A DNA stretch of 63,892 nucleotides, the filler included. It is 9 parts of 9 records of this genome, joined end to end, with 100 filler letters (N's around TTAATTAATTAA, not from the genome) between each part and the next. Parts side by side here need not be neighbours in the genome. Positions count along the whole stretch, not along the records: positions 1 to 16,496 come from SRR7504441_2656; positions 16,597 to 27,048 come from SRR7504441_2664; 7 more parts are not named here. The stretch is one strand, 5' to 3'. Shown here in pieces: positions 12,301 through 24,064 of the stretch. The notes below the pieces were generated by a model. That model was not told the origin of the DNA. It did no database searches and saw only the letters and a program-made list of their open reading frames with translations. The first letter of the stretch is position 1. Every line of letters starts with the position of its first letter. The position numbers and the translations under genes are program-made.

Positions 12301-15300
12301 ATGGCGAGTCCACTGAGCTGGGCGATGGCTCTGGCGTTCGCCGTGGTCATGTGCTCGGTCGGGCTTGGCGAGGCCGAAGGTGCGCCCCTCAACACATCCA
12401 TCCGTCCCCTGCACTGCATAGCCGCCCCATCCCCGGCAATGTGCTCCAGCCCCTCCCGTGGGGCCACTGTAGCCCTGCCGGCCCCTGGTGTAGTCCCGCT
12501 CTCCCTCGCATACGGCCCCATCTTCCTGCCCTAGCGACGGCGGACCTGCTAAGTCGTGTGTTGTTGACAGCGGCCGACCACGCCAAAAGCGACAAGGAGC
12601 TGGGCGAGGGCGTGGGCTTCGACCTGTCGTCCCTGTCGTACTTGATGGGCCCAGACAACGAGGCTAAGCTAAAGGCACTACTTGCGAGCGTTCCCGATGC
12701 AACAGCGGCGCAGTCTCTAGGGCAGGTAGCTGACGAGGCGACCTCTCTGGCCAAGATCTCATCAAACAAAGTGGTGAACAACCTGATTGCTGCCGCAGAC
12801 TCGCCAGCCGCAAAGGAAGGCAAAGACGGTACGGATGGTGTCAATGGCAAGACCGGCGTTCTCGGCGACAAAGGCCCAAAGGGAGAATTGGGCGAGAAAG
12901 GAGATCGCGGCAAGAAGGGTGCTCCCGGTCTGAACGGAGCTCCATCGACACTGCGTGGTCCACCTGGTCTGACTGGTCCCAAGGGAGACAAAGCCGAGCG
13001 CGGCACTGCCGGTCCGCCGGGTCCTGAGGGCCCGCGTGGTATGAAAGGCATCGATGGCAAAGAGGGCAAACAGGGCGAGGCTGGTCTGTCCGGTGCCAAG
13101 GGCGAGCAGGGATCTGCTGGTGGCGCTGGCGTGAAAGGCGACCTTGGTCTCCGGGGTCTCCAGGGCAACAAAGGCACAGCAGGCGCAGTCGGTCCCACAG
13201 GTAGGACTGGCGATCGCGGCCCCGGTGGCAACCAAGGCATGCGAGGTGTTGCTGGCAAGATTGGAGAGATTGGCCAAGCCGGTGGCAAGGGCAACACTGG
13301 TGCCATTGGAGCTGAAGGGCGTCAAGGACTTGCCGGACCCAAGGGTCACAACGGCGATGAAGGTCGACAGGGAGCGGCTGGCCCGAGAGGTCCATCTGGT
13401 GACAAGGGAGAGTCGGGCTTGCTTGGCGACAAGGGCGTTGGTGGGCCTCCGGGCGCGCCTGGCGACCGTGGTGTCTCTGGAGACACTGGCGTTCCGGGTG
13501 CTCCCGGGCTGATGGGTCCTCGAGGTGAAACTGGTATCAAGGGTGAAGCAGGCCCTGGTGGCAAAATGGGTCCACAAGGTCTCCCTGGCATTCCTGGCAG
13601 CGTTGGACCTGCTGGCAAGGATGGCCCTTACGGCCAAAAGGGCCCCACTGGTCCCGTCGGCCTTCGCGGTATGGATGGCGATCGAGGCAAGATTGGGCTT
13701 CGAGGAGCACCAGGTGGAACTGGACCAGCTGGTCCCATTGGACTGCGAGGAAAAACTGGCCCAGAAGGCATGTCGGGCAAGCCGGGCGGAGTTGGCATTC
13801 GTGGAAACCCTGGTCCTCAGGGAACGAGAGGCAATCCTGGTCCTCAAGGTTCTCGCGGCAAGACCGGCTCTTCTGGCATTGACGGCAAGAACGGCAAGAA
13901 CGGTCCCAATGGCGAGATTGGTGCTCGTGGAGATTCAGGCATGCAGGGCGTCCGTGGCGTGGGTGGACCTCCTGGCCCTCAAGGGTTGAAAGGAGGAAAA
14001 GGTGAAGAAGGCCGAAATGGCGATCGTGGTCAGGAAGGGATCCAAGGTCCTCGTGGAGCTCCAGGAGCTATTGGGCTGCGTGGACCACGCGGAGGTGGAG
14101 AGACCGGTCCTCAAGGTCCCCAAGGCATCCAAGGTCCAAAGGGCGACAAAGGACCACCGGGCCCCCGCGCAGGCGGTCCACCTGGGCCGATGGGTGGCAA
14201 AGGAGAAGTCGGAGCCTCTGGAATCTCTGGTCCAAAGGGTGACGCTGGACCTCCTGGTCCACAGGGTGTGCCTGGAATGCCTGGGCTGCCTGGCAATCGT
14301 GGCGAGGATGGCGAGATGGGCAGGGAGGGCCTTCGTGGTCCTCAGGGTGACGCAGGCGCGCAGGGACAGTCAGGAAATCGTGGTGAGAATGGTCCCAAGG
14401 GTCCTCGTGGCGATGTCGGACACCGTGGTGTCGAGGGACAACCTGGTGGGATTGGAGGCGAGGGCAAGCAAGGTCCGACAGGTATTTCTGGTCAAGCCGG
14501 TCCTCCTGGGCGGCGCGGAAACCCTGGTGAAGATGGTTCACAGGGGCCAGTGGGCCCTGAAGGAACCAAGGGCGAGCATGGTGACCGTGGTCTCTATGGC
14601 GAACAGGGCCTGGTTGGCGAGAATGGAGAAGCAGGAGGTCGTGGCGCTGCTGGCGACGCAGGTCCCCAAGGCGAAACAGGACCAGTGGGCATGAAAGGCA
14701 CCCAAGGTCTGAAAGGCCTCGATGGCAAAACGGGTGATCCTGGTAAGCAAGGAGGTCGAGCAGGGCAGGGTCCAAAGGGAGAGAAGGGTGCCATTGGACC
14801 TCCTGGTGTCCGTGGTCCGCTTGGCATCAAAGGACCAGGAGGTGGCAAGGGACCTCGTGGCACCAATGGTGAGCGAGGATTCCCCGGAGATGACGGCGTT
14901 CCTGGTGAGAAGGGCGAGAAGGGCACTGTTGGGCCTCCAGGAAAGGATGGGCCAACAGGCCCCCAAGGCCACTCAGGAAAACATGGTAAGCATGGCAAGG
15001 ATGGAGCCAGAGGAAAGCGTGGAGCCAAGGGTCCAGCTGGCCTCAACGGTAGGACTGGGCCCAAAGGACCCAAGGGTTCACCGGGGATTGGCTTGCCTGG
15101 GCCTCCAGGCGCCAAAGGCTCCCGTGGACTGCCTGGCGTGAAAGGACCTCGTGGTGTACGTGGTCGTCCAGGCAGTGATGGCAAAACTGGGTTGAGAGGA
15201 CGCGATGGTGCAAATGGTAAGGATGGTAAGAATGGCATCGATGGGCCAAAAGGCGCCACTGGTAAAACTGGCAAGGTTGGTAAGGACGGTGAGGCTGGCG

Positions 15301-15503
15301 ATCATATTAAGAGCGAGCTCAAGGTGCATCTGAATGCTCTCAAAAGCTATGTTGACATGAAATTCGACGTTCTCCAATCCATGATGAAGAAGTATACACA
15401 AAAGAAAGGCAAAGAACTTGGCGAGTCCAGCACTATTTCAAAGAAAATTAATGCGGTTCATCAAAGTTTGAAGTCTTCCCTTGATGCATTTGTACGTTCA
15501 TAA
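12301..15503 (+). CDS. Secreted collagen-like protein: signal peptide, short N-domain, about 830 aa Gly-X-Y, about 65-aa helical C-terminus; intron 12380-12570
   Basis: [26 protein letters not shown] spliced via a 191-nt GT-AG intron into the long ORF; Gly at every third residue from 12819 to 15305 with about six short interruptions. Confidence 0.9.
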
Positions 15504-15872
15504 TCACACTGATTTGTTTGATCACTCCAAAATGTGCATCTACCGGCAAAGCTAGATCGCATCCGGGTTTCAAATAAAATCACAATTTAATTAGTTTAAT
15601 AAAGTTCGAATTCGTTTTCATCACTCCTTGTAACATAGCTAATACGAGTCGTCTTCAGGATTCTTGCTTAGCTATTTCTTTTGATTTTATTCAATGATCG
15701 ACGGCTAGCGTACGGCTAGCGCCGAATGTTGATACGTATTTGAGGTTCTGATACGTACCAGTACTAAATAATTCACTGGTGCTCACGTGTAGCTGAAATA
15801 TACACTTGCAATAGCGGCATACGAATACAATGATGCGCGCGTTCACTAGAGCCAACAGGTTTGACGAGCGCT

Positions 15873-16496
15873 CTACTGACAGCCAGTACTCTTCCAAGTG
15901 GATTCAGCATTGCAGTAGTCTGACCCAACTCCGCAATGACCCCACTTTGATCGACAGTGTGATGCATCAGCGCAAGGCTCTCCAGAGCACTCCACTGGAC
16001 CGACGGTGAGCACAGCACAGCTCCACGGAGTCCGATATGCGGGTGGATCGGCATCGTGTTTACCAGGGATGCAGGAGTCCATGCATTCAGCCCACCACTG
16101 ATCCTTCTCGTAGCATGTCAGCGACGAGTCAGTACAGCACTTGCTTTCATGGCAGTCCCCACCAGTATGCGCGCACTCCGAAGGGCCAGGTGACGCGGTA
16201 GGAGGAGCTGTGAAGTCTGAAGGCACCGAAGAGCACAACCGAGCACCAGTGCCCTCACAGCCGCCACTGGGCAAAAGCTCAGTGCCCAGCTGGCACCAGG
16301 ATCCACAAGGCCCGATCCCACCGTCAGCAAAGTCTTGCTGATTGTAGCAGTAGATCTGCGTATGATGATGAAAGCTGCTGATCAAGAATGGGAAGCCGGC
16401 CGGGCATTGCTCCGGGCCACTCTCACTGGGCCCCGCTGTATACATCTCGGTTGGCATCGATGTGGCTTCAGTCGGCATGCACACGCCCGCGATGCA
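15873..16496 (-). CDS. 3' part of a Cys-rich protein with CBM1-like and hevein/CBM18-like carbohydrate-binding modules (5' truncated by contig end)
   Basis: CAHTGGDCHESKCC...TCYEKDQWWAEC (CBM1-like) and CSGEPCADASHCRSKWGHCGVGSDYC (chitin-binding SxWGxCG motif), with Pro/Thr linkers. Confidence 0.7.
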   Translation of the reverse strand, partial: CIAGVCMPTEATSMPTEMYTAGPSESGPEQCPAGFPFLISSFHHHTQIYCYNQQDFADGGIGPCGSWCQLGTELLPSGGCEGTGARLCSSVPSDFTAPPTASPGPSECAHTGGDCHESKCCTDSSLTCYEKDQWWAECMDSCIPGKHDADPPAYRTPWSCAVLTVGPVECSGEPCADASHCRSKWGHCGVGSDYCNAESTWKSTGCQ

Positions 16497-16596
16497 NNNN
16501 NNNNNNNNNNNNNNNNNNNNNNNNNNNNNNNNNNNNNNNNTTAATTAATTAANNNNNNNNNNNNNNNNNNNNNNNNNNNNNNNNNNNNNNNNNNNN
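16497..16596. other. Artificial contig spacer
   Basis: 44 N + TTAATTAATTAA (stops in six frames) + 44 N. Confidence 0.98.
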
Positions 16597-19147
16597 CTGC
16601 CAGCTCGCAGGAGCCGCGCTACACAGTGGATCGGTCGGCGCTCGGCCCGGTGCTCGATTCGATCGGAGCCCAGTCCACCGCGGGCACCTCCAGGCTGCTG
16701 TTCGACTACCCTCAACCGGCGCGCGACCAGGTGCTGGACTATCTCTTCCTGCCCCAGTACGGAGCCTCGCTGCAGCACCTCAAGGTCGAGATCGGGGGCG
16801 ACGCCCAGATTACGAGCGGCGCCGAGCCGAGCCACCAGCGGAGCCCCGGCGAGCAGGGCGGACTGGCCCGGGGATATGAGTGGTGGCTGATGCGAGAGGC
16901 CAAGAAGCGCAACCCGGAGATCCAGCTGCTCGGGCTGGTGTATGCCTGGCCCAGCTGGATCAACGACACGGTTAGCTAGCCGGTTAGTTGCTGTTGCTGA
17001 GCCGAGAGCAGGGCAGCGATCCGTTCGGGTCTGCGGAGTCGAATGCGAGGGCGGCGCAATACGTGACCAGCTGGGTTGACGGGATGAAGCGAGTCTGGGG
17101 GCTGAGCATCGACTGGGTCGGGCTCTGGAACGAGCAGAGCTACACCACAGACTATATCCTGGAGCTCCGGCGAGCCCTCGATGAGGCCGGGCATGCCGGC
17201 ACCCGGATTGTGGGCTCAGACAAGTTTTGGGATCCTATAGGGACCGACTATCTCAACAACGCTTCAGTGAGAGCGGCCATAGGTGCACTGAGCGAGCACT
17301 ATCCTAATTGCGACGCTGCTACCGGGGCTGGGGAGTTCTGTGGCAGCAAGGATGGAAATGCGCTGGCAGCTCATCATAAGTTCGGAGTGCCACTGTGGTC
17401 AAGCGAAGACTATTCGTGCTTTTCGGATGGGTTTGGGGCTGCTGTGTGGGCGAATCACCTGAACAGCAACTATCTCGGCGCTAACGTGACGATGAGCTCG
17501 GCTTGGTATCTGGTCTCAGCATTCTATCCATCGATTGCATTCTGGAACGATGGGCTGATGATCGCGTCCGAACCGTGGAGTGGTCACTTCTCTGTCACGC
17601 CCACGCTCTGGGCTATGGCGCACACCACTCAGTTCTCGCAGCCCGGATGGCACTACTTGCGTAAGGGCGCAGGATCGGGCATACTGGATGGCGGGGGGAC
17701 ATATGTCGCTCTTACCTCCGGGGATGAAGTGTCAATCGTCGTCGAGACAGCAGGCATTGGTTTGGACACATGGGGGCCACCAAACTGCAACGGAAAAATC
17801 AATTACCGGCCTGCTGTCCAGCCGCAGGAAGCAACATTCGTTTTGTCCGGCTTTCTGAACATTACACGGCTCTCCCTATGGAGGTCTCGATTTGCTGACG
17901 GGATGAACCGAACCAATTCCGAAGCGTTACTGTTCGAGCATTTGCCCGATGTACAGCTTTCTCCAAGTGGAGAGTTGCGCCTGACCTTGGAGCCCTTTTC
18001 TCTATACACGCTGTCAACGATCAGCAATGCTACCAAGGGGCAGTTGCAGCGTAGCCCCCCAGGCTCACAACCGTTTCCTCTGCCATTTGAAGATGATTTC
18101 GAGAGCCGTGCGGCATCGTCACCGGGAAAGTTCTGGGCTGACCAGGTGGGAGGATTTGAAGTTGTGCATACAGCACATGGGAACGTGCTGAGGCAATCAG
18201 TGTCCAAGAGCGCATGCTGTGACTTCGCAGGGGGGCTTTCAGGCCCAAACCCGTTGACTGTGCTAGGGAGCTCAGTCTGGACTGATCTCAGACTTTCACT
18301 GGACTTGTTGCTCCCAACTCGAGGCAGCTTTGCTGCAATCGGTGTGCGAACACTGTTTGGTCCAGAATTCATGGCCGGCTCATTTGGGCTCAATACGCCC
18401 AATGGGCTGTTCTTGGTGATTGATGGCACGGCCTGCTGGCGATTGGTTCCAGCCCTGGCTCTGTTGGGTTCGGGTCCTGGCCTTGCAGCATGCACAAATG
18501 CCACTTGCCTTATCAACGGGACGCTGCCCCAGGCCCCAGTCGACAGCTGGATTCATGCTGTGCTCAGTGTCACAGGCCGTATGGTCGACATTGAAATCAA
18601 TGGATCTGCAGTCAAACTGTGGTCTTTGCCAGACTCTGTGGCCATTTCTGGTGGGTATGTATCGCTTGCCACCTCATGGGATCTCGTTCAGTTTGACAAT
18701 CTGTCTATAGAAACTACCGCTGTGCCTTCGATGGGCCGGGTGGTTGCTGGGCTGCCCCTGGTGTCGGCAGCTTGTGGTGACCCAAGTTTGACTCGGCTCT
18801 CACAGTGGGACGTCGATTCGGGCATTGGGCAGCTCGGAACTATAGCTCTCAGGTCTGATTCGTCACTGTGCATTGCTATTATGGCAAACTCGACGCTGGT
18901 GCTATTGCCCTGTACCAATGCCACGAAATGGGTTGTGGACATGTCACATGGCACTGTTGCGACAGCAAGGGGCGAGGCCATGTCTGTTGACACTAGTGCT
19001 GGTGTGGCCTCGCTGACACCGGTTGGCCTTGCTCCAGCCGGTCATCTAACAGCACCGCTGTTTTGGTCTCCTGGTCAGCTTGGATTCCTGCACACCGGTG
19101 CTCAGCGCCCTATGAACACTGCGTGCATCACGGTAGCCGCTCATTAA
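16597..19147 (+). CDS. GH59 galactocerebrosidase-like beta-galactosidase with C-terminal lectin/ricin-like region (5' truncated); intron 16971-17011
   Basis: TSRLLFDYP...[25 protein letters not shown]...[25 protein letters not shown] (acid/base), LWSSED (nucleophile), [20 protein letters not shown]. Confidence 0.92.
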
Positions 19148-19326
19148 TCGAATTAAAGAATGTACTCATCCCGGTTCATTTGGATCCAGCTCATAAATCG
19201 TACAATTGCAGTAAATGTTGTCGCCGGTGCTTGCGCCAATGCGTACGTAGCCGGTGCGGTCTGTACACAGCCATTGCTTCACAGTTCAGTGCACCGAGTG
19301 TCCGCACTGAGCAGCAACGTCCATCC

Positions 19327-20119
19327 ATGTCCGGCCGTGTCGTGTCCATCGAAGTGCGAGGTGCAAAGCGGCGGCACCCCACGGTCGCCGCGGCGCCGAC
19401 CCGGAACAAGCGGCCGACCCCGGCTGAGCCCGACCTGCGCCAGCGGCTGGGCAACAAACCCGCCCACCCCGCTAAGCAGGCCAAGCAGCTCACCTCCGCC
19501 CACCGCCGGTGCCGCCCGGTTTGTTGTTGCAGGGCCAGCCTGGGCGCAGGGCCGAGGCGGCCGCGGCCCAATCGACGCAGTCCCAGCCAGACGCGTACGC
19601 GGCCAAGCGGATCGGCGACCTTAAGCAGGAGTTGGCGAACGAGGCAACTGCGCTGGCCCAGGAGCAGGCAGAGCGGGCCCGCCGGTGGGGGCGAGCGGGG
19701 CGGGGCAGGCGGCCCGGCAGGCGGCGGAGGCCCGGGAGACGGAGCTCAGCCAGCGGTGTGCGGAGTTGGAGGTCTCCGAGCGGCAGCTGACCGAGCAGCT
19801 CGAGGATGCGAACAGGCTTGCCTCGAAGCAGGCCGAGCAGATACAGGTGCGGCCCGCGGCCGGGGGGGGGGACTGGGGGCAGGGCGATGCGGTCCAGTGG
19901 GAAGAGCTCAAGACGGAGCTCGAAACCACCCGGAAAGACAACACTGAGCTGCACGCGCTGCTCCGGAGGGCTGACGATGAGGTCCGCAGGCTGGATGGAC
20001 GGACCGGGGACCTGCAGCGGCAACTGGGGGAGGCGCAGGGGGAACTGCGGCGACTGCGTGGGCCTGCGGAGTCGTCGGATAGGCGGGATAGGGATACCAA
20101 CGAGTGGCGGCGGTATTGA
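19327..20119 (+). CDS. Hypothetical coiled-coil protein, short introns
   Basis: ATG 19327; E/Q/R-rich heptad segments (ELSQRCAELEVSERQLTEQLEDANR, WEELKTELETTRKDNTEL) split by GC-rich introns of about 40 nt. Confidence 0.5.
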
Positions 20120-20329
20120 TTGGGCCGGAGGCTTAGTAGATAGAGGCGCTAGTGCGCAGGGAGGACTGGAGACCGGCGAGATCTAGAGCCGATACTGGCC
20201 GTAACAAGTTCCGGGCTGATGTTGTAACTTGAGCTAATCGTGGAGATTAATCAATTAATTAAACGAGGGCTCGTCTAAATAGCTGATTCGTATAAAAGTA
20301 AACCCACTCTAGTGTGCGACACGTTGCCG

Positions 20330-20941
20330 TCATGTCTCCACAGATGTGGATCGGGCCGAGCTATCAGGAGTGGATCGGGCCGAGCTATCCCTAAAGCTTC
20401 CTTTGGACGGCTTGCAGCAGCACCGGCTGTCGCTCTTCTTCTGGGCCTGCGCCTCGGCTGCGGCCTGCCTCTGGGCGGCGGCCATCCCCTTGCACTCGGC
20501 GTGATGGGTCTGGACCCAGTCGAGCCGCTGGCAGTACTCGGAGCAGTACCAAAACTGCTGGCAGTCGGCGCACCGCGAGTCCGCCTCCTTGCCGCACACG
20601 GTGCACGCGGCACACGCGGCGTCCAGCTCCACAGCTATCCGCGGCCGGCCAGTGGCGACCGCCGGCCGGGCCGGCGGATCCGGGCTGGCTGCCTGGCTGG
20701 TGGGCGGGTCCGGCGACGGCTTGAACCAGGTGGGCGGCGATTCGCTCACGGCCAGCTGCTCGGCCGCCTCGGCAGGGGCCGGGTCGGAGGCCGGCGGGGG
20801 CGGCGGCTGGTCGGAGACCGGAGGGGCCGGCTGGTCGAGGGCCGGCTGTCGGACCAGCCCGGCCTTGGAGTACCGGCCGGACTGTTCGAGTGACTCAGCT
20901 GCCGGCTCCTCCCGGCTGCAGCTGCACGTCCCGTTCCCCAT
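20330..20941 (-). CDS. MYND zinc-finger protein with MGxxxCxC N-terminus
   Basis: CTVCGKEADSRCADCQQFWYCSEYCQRLDWVQTHHAEC matches the zf-MYND pattern. Confidence 0.8.
   Translation of the reverse strand: MGNGTCSCSREEPAAESLEQSGRYSKAGLVRQPALDQPAPPVSDQPPPPPASDPAPAEAAEQLAVSESPPTWFKPSPDPPTSQAASPDPPARPAVATGRPRIAVELDAACAACTVCGKEADSRCADCQQFWYCSEYCQRLDWVQTHHAECKGMAAAQRQAAAEAQAQKKSDSRCCCKPSKGSFRDSSARSTPDSSARSTSVET
20346..20389. repeat. 20-nt direct repeat x2 (24-nt period) in the MYND gene 3' end
   Basis: gtggatcgggccgagctatc at 20346 and 20370; encodes a duplicated DSSARST. Confidence 0.85.
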
Positions 20942-21275
20942 GCTCCTTCTCCGTCTTCGCCTCGGTCACTTTCGCCTTCGCGGCCTGCTTTTGCGGCCTC
21001 TGCGCCCTTTCCGACTGCCTCTAGCTTCTTGGGCCCCGGCACGTGGACGCCCCCGATGGGCGCGACACTGCCAGCGCCGGAGGGCTGCCAACGGCCACGC
21101 GCAACGGCCAAACGCGCAAGGCACGAGACTTCAGTTGAGCATTGCTTGGTTGGTATATGCCTTCGCGAGCTGTGTAGTGGAGCGCTGTGCTCTCAGTGGA
21201 CATAATGATTTAATTCCGCCGAGTGTGGAGCCAAGCTAAATTAATACGTAATCGGCAAATCCGGCTTAGTCGGTG

Positions 21276-22046
21276 TCACTTGGTAACAAAGGAAACTATA
21301 AAGAAGAGGATGTTGAGGAGGGTGGCGATACCAGCGGCGTACAAAATGCCATTAAAGTAGGGCATGTTGCCATGGCGTCCGTCGGTCCCTGGCACGGGTG
21401 GGCTATCTGAGCACGTCGTGTTGTCGCCTGCAATGCATCGGCCAAACACGCCACAATGGTGGTCAAACTTGACCACACACCGGTTGCACACGCTGCAGTG
21501 GTGCGATCCCGCCGGGCGCCACAGGCAGCACCGGACGCAGAAGGTGCTCCCGTCCTCTGCCTTGATGTTCTCTCGGAGAGCCTTGAGAGGTTGCCCTTTG
21601 TCGATTCGAAGCGCCACGCACTCGGGCAGCGGATTACAAACCTCCGGCGAGCGGACCAGCTCGCCCGGGTCGGCGTTCAGGATCTGCCAGAGGCAGAAGT
21701 AGGCCCAGATGGCGTCGAGGTACATGAGCGCCAGGAAGACGATCGTCGGAACCAGTCCAAGCCCGCCCACTATCACCACCACCACGTGTCCGAACACCAG
21801 CTGGCCGGCCACGAGCACGCTGACGCAGATCACCCCTGCCCCCGCCCTCAGCCCCAGCCCCGCCCCGCCGAGCCCACCCCCGATCGACTCTTGGCGCATC
21901 ACGGACAGGCGCGGCTCCGGCATCGGCGGGAGGGTCCGGTCGAGCTCCGGCACTGGGTCGGCCGGCTCGGCGCTGTCCACCAGGGTTTCTGTGTCTATCT
22001 GGACCGCCTCGGCCGAGGCCGTCACCCCGAGCCCGCTGGGCTCCAT
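21276..22046 (-). CDS. DHHC-type protein S-acyltransferase (short form)
   Basis: Two TM segments, DPG, then FCVRCCLWRPAGSHHCSVCNRCVVKFDHHCGVFGRCIAGDN and NMPYF plus one TM. Confidence 0.9.
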   Translation of the reverse strand: MEPSGLGVTASAEAVQIDTETLVDSAEPADPVPELDRTLPPMPEPRLSVMRQESIGGGLGGAGLGLRAGAGVICVSVLVAGQLVFGHVVVVIVGGLGLVPTIVFLALMYLDAIWAYFCLWQILNADPGELVRSPEVCNPLPECVALRIDKGQPLKALRENIKAEDGSTFCVRCCLWRPAGSHHCSVCNRCVVKFDHHCGVFGRCIAGDNTTCSDSPPVPGTDGRHGNMPYFNGILYAAGIATLLNILFFIVSFVTK

Positions 22047-22248
22047 CGACGGGACCACTCCAACCGGCGCCCGCTCCAGCGGGCCGCCTCTCTACAAGCA
22101 AAATTGAAGACGGCTCACCTTCGTCACCTTTGATCATGAACTGAACTAACGACGACACGGAGTTGAGCTAGAGTTGAGCTCGAGACAATGATCATAAACG
22201 TTGACTGACCCGCTTGTAGGCTAATGTTATTGTTTATCATATATAATG

Positions 22249-23887
22249 TTATGTCGCTTTCAGCTCCGCATCGTGACTCGCTAATTGATGCCTCTCAATT
22301 CTCAAAGGTTCAACCAACATTAAGTCCGTACCGTAAAATCGCAAGTCCTTGGAGCGCTCTGATACTAGGCGTGAAAGTCGGCGCTCAAAAGACCGTGCTC
22401 CGGCCTGCAGCCGCTCAATCGCCGGCCGCGCCCGAAGCCCACCGCCTGCTCGAATCGCCCGGTCACCCAATTTGAGAGATCGAGGGCTGGTCAACCCCTG
22501 CCGCCGCTCCAGCCCGCCCGGCGGCCCGGGGGGCACCTCCTGCAGCCGGCGCTGGTGCTGCTGCTCGATGCTCCGCCCGGCCATCCCTGATTGCTCCGCC
22601 ATGAAGACCGTCTGACCACCAGATCGGCACAGCATAGCAGCCAGGGGCGCACGTTAGAGGAGGCCTGGCCCACTCGGTCCACGATCTTCCCGAACGCTTC
22701 CCGCTGCTGGTCCAGCTGCAGCCTGGCTCGCCTGCGGCCCGGCCAGCCCGCACCGAGTGCTCCAAGTTGTCTTGCGCGGACCTCATCTTGGCGTAGTCCT
22801 CGCTCGCTAGGTGCCGTTGCAAGTCGGCCTCGGCTTGGCGGGCCCCGATCTGGTCCCGAACCTGCTTGGCCTGCAGCGCCACCATCTCCAGCTCGTGCTC
22901 CTCCTCCTGCAGCATGTCGAACGCCTCGTCGTATCGCAGCTGCAGCCCGACCCTCTTGCTGCACGCCTCCTTCTCAAGCGCCGCCCGCGCCCGCTGATGC
23001 TCCTCCCGCTCCGCCCGCACCTGCACCCCGCTCGGTCCCGTCCGGTGCCGGCCGGCCGCCTTCTTGTGCACGGTCCGGACATCATCCCGCCTAGCGTCGC
23101 AGTCGCGTCTAGCGCGCGCAGCTGCCACTTGAACCCGCGTCATCCGGGCCTCGGCCTCGTCCCTATGCCGCTCGGCGATCCGCCTGCCCGGCCGTCCGTC
23201 CGGCCCGCCGGGGCTGGCACCGCTCGGCCTCGGCCTTCTCTCGCCTTTCGGCAAGCATTGGCATGTCGTACCCGCGCAGCTCGGCCCTCAGGTTCTCCTC
23301 GAGCTCATCCCGCAGCCGGGTCTGCCGAGAGAGCGCGATCTCGATCTCCACGATCCGGAGCTCAGTCTCGGACTCGTTGGCCAGTCGCCGGTCCATCTGC
23401 CGCTGCTGGGCCCCGCGGCAGCTGCGCATCTCCGAGTCGACGAGCTGCGAGAACTGGGTGAGTGGCGCGTCGAGCAGCCGGAGCTGCCGCCCGGTCAGCC
23501 GGCCCTCGGGCGCCGCACCAGGCCCGGCCGGGTGGCCGCCAGCTGCTCCTTCTGACTCTGCTCGAGCAGCTGCGACTGCGGAGGCTCAGCCGTACAGCAG
23601 GCCGGGGGGGGTGCCTCGCGCTGGGCCCTGTGCTGCTCCAGCAGGTTGGACACCCGGAACTCGCGCTCGTCGGCCAGCTCGGCCGGGTCTGTAGGGGCCG
23701 GCGGGAGCTGCGACTGGGCCAGGGCTAGGTCGAGCTGGGCGCCGGTGGCCGCGATCTGTTCGGCCCGTTGCTCGAGCTGACCCACCGATCGGACCGGCCG
23801 GGGGGGCGGGCCAGGCGCCTGGGTGTGCGTGTTGGTGCTCGCCCAGCGCGGCCGGTACGACGGCTTGTGCGGCGAGACGGAGAACAT
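22249..23887 (-). CDS. Hypothetical coiled-coil protein, multi-intron; 3' end uncertain
   Basis: ATG 23887 (MFSVSPHKPSYRPRW); exon fragments rich in E/R/Q/L heptads separated by introns of about 40 nt. Confidence 0.45.
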
Positions 23888-24064
23888 GCCCCCGACCCGT
23901 CGGGGCTCTCTCTCGCTCTGCCGTTACGAGTTCAACGGAAATCATCAGCACTTCGGTCCAAAGCACACGGTGTGCCGAGACAGCGCCCACCCGCTCGCTC
24001 GATCCCGCTGCTTGTATATAGTTGCCACTCCACCCGGCTGCTGGGGGCTGACTCCGGGCAGAGC

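Noticed and set aside
12389-15401. Long antisense and alternate-frame ORFs over the collagen gene
   Set aside because: Shadow frames caused by GGN periodicity and a lack of stops.
15873-16496. Idea that this CBM-bearing fragment is the 3' end of the reprolysin-like gene at 58057-59548
   Set aside because: Compatible style (PT linkers, Cys-rich end) but no sequence overlap or linkage evidence.
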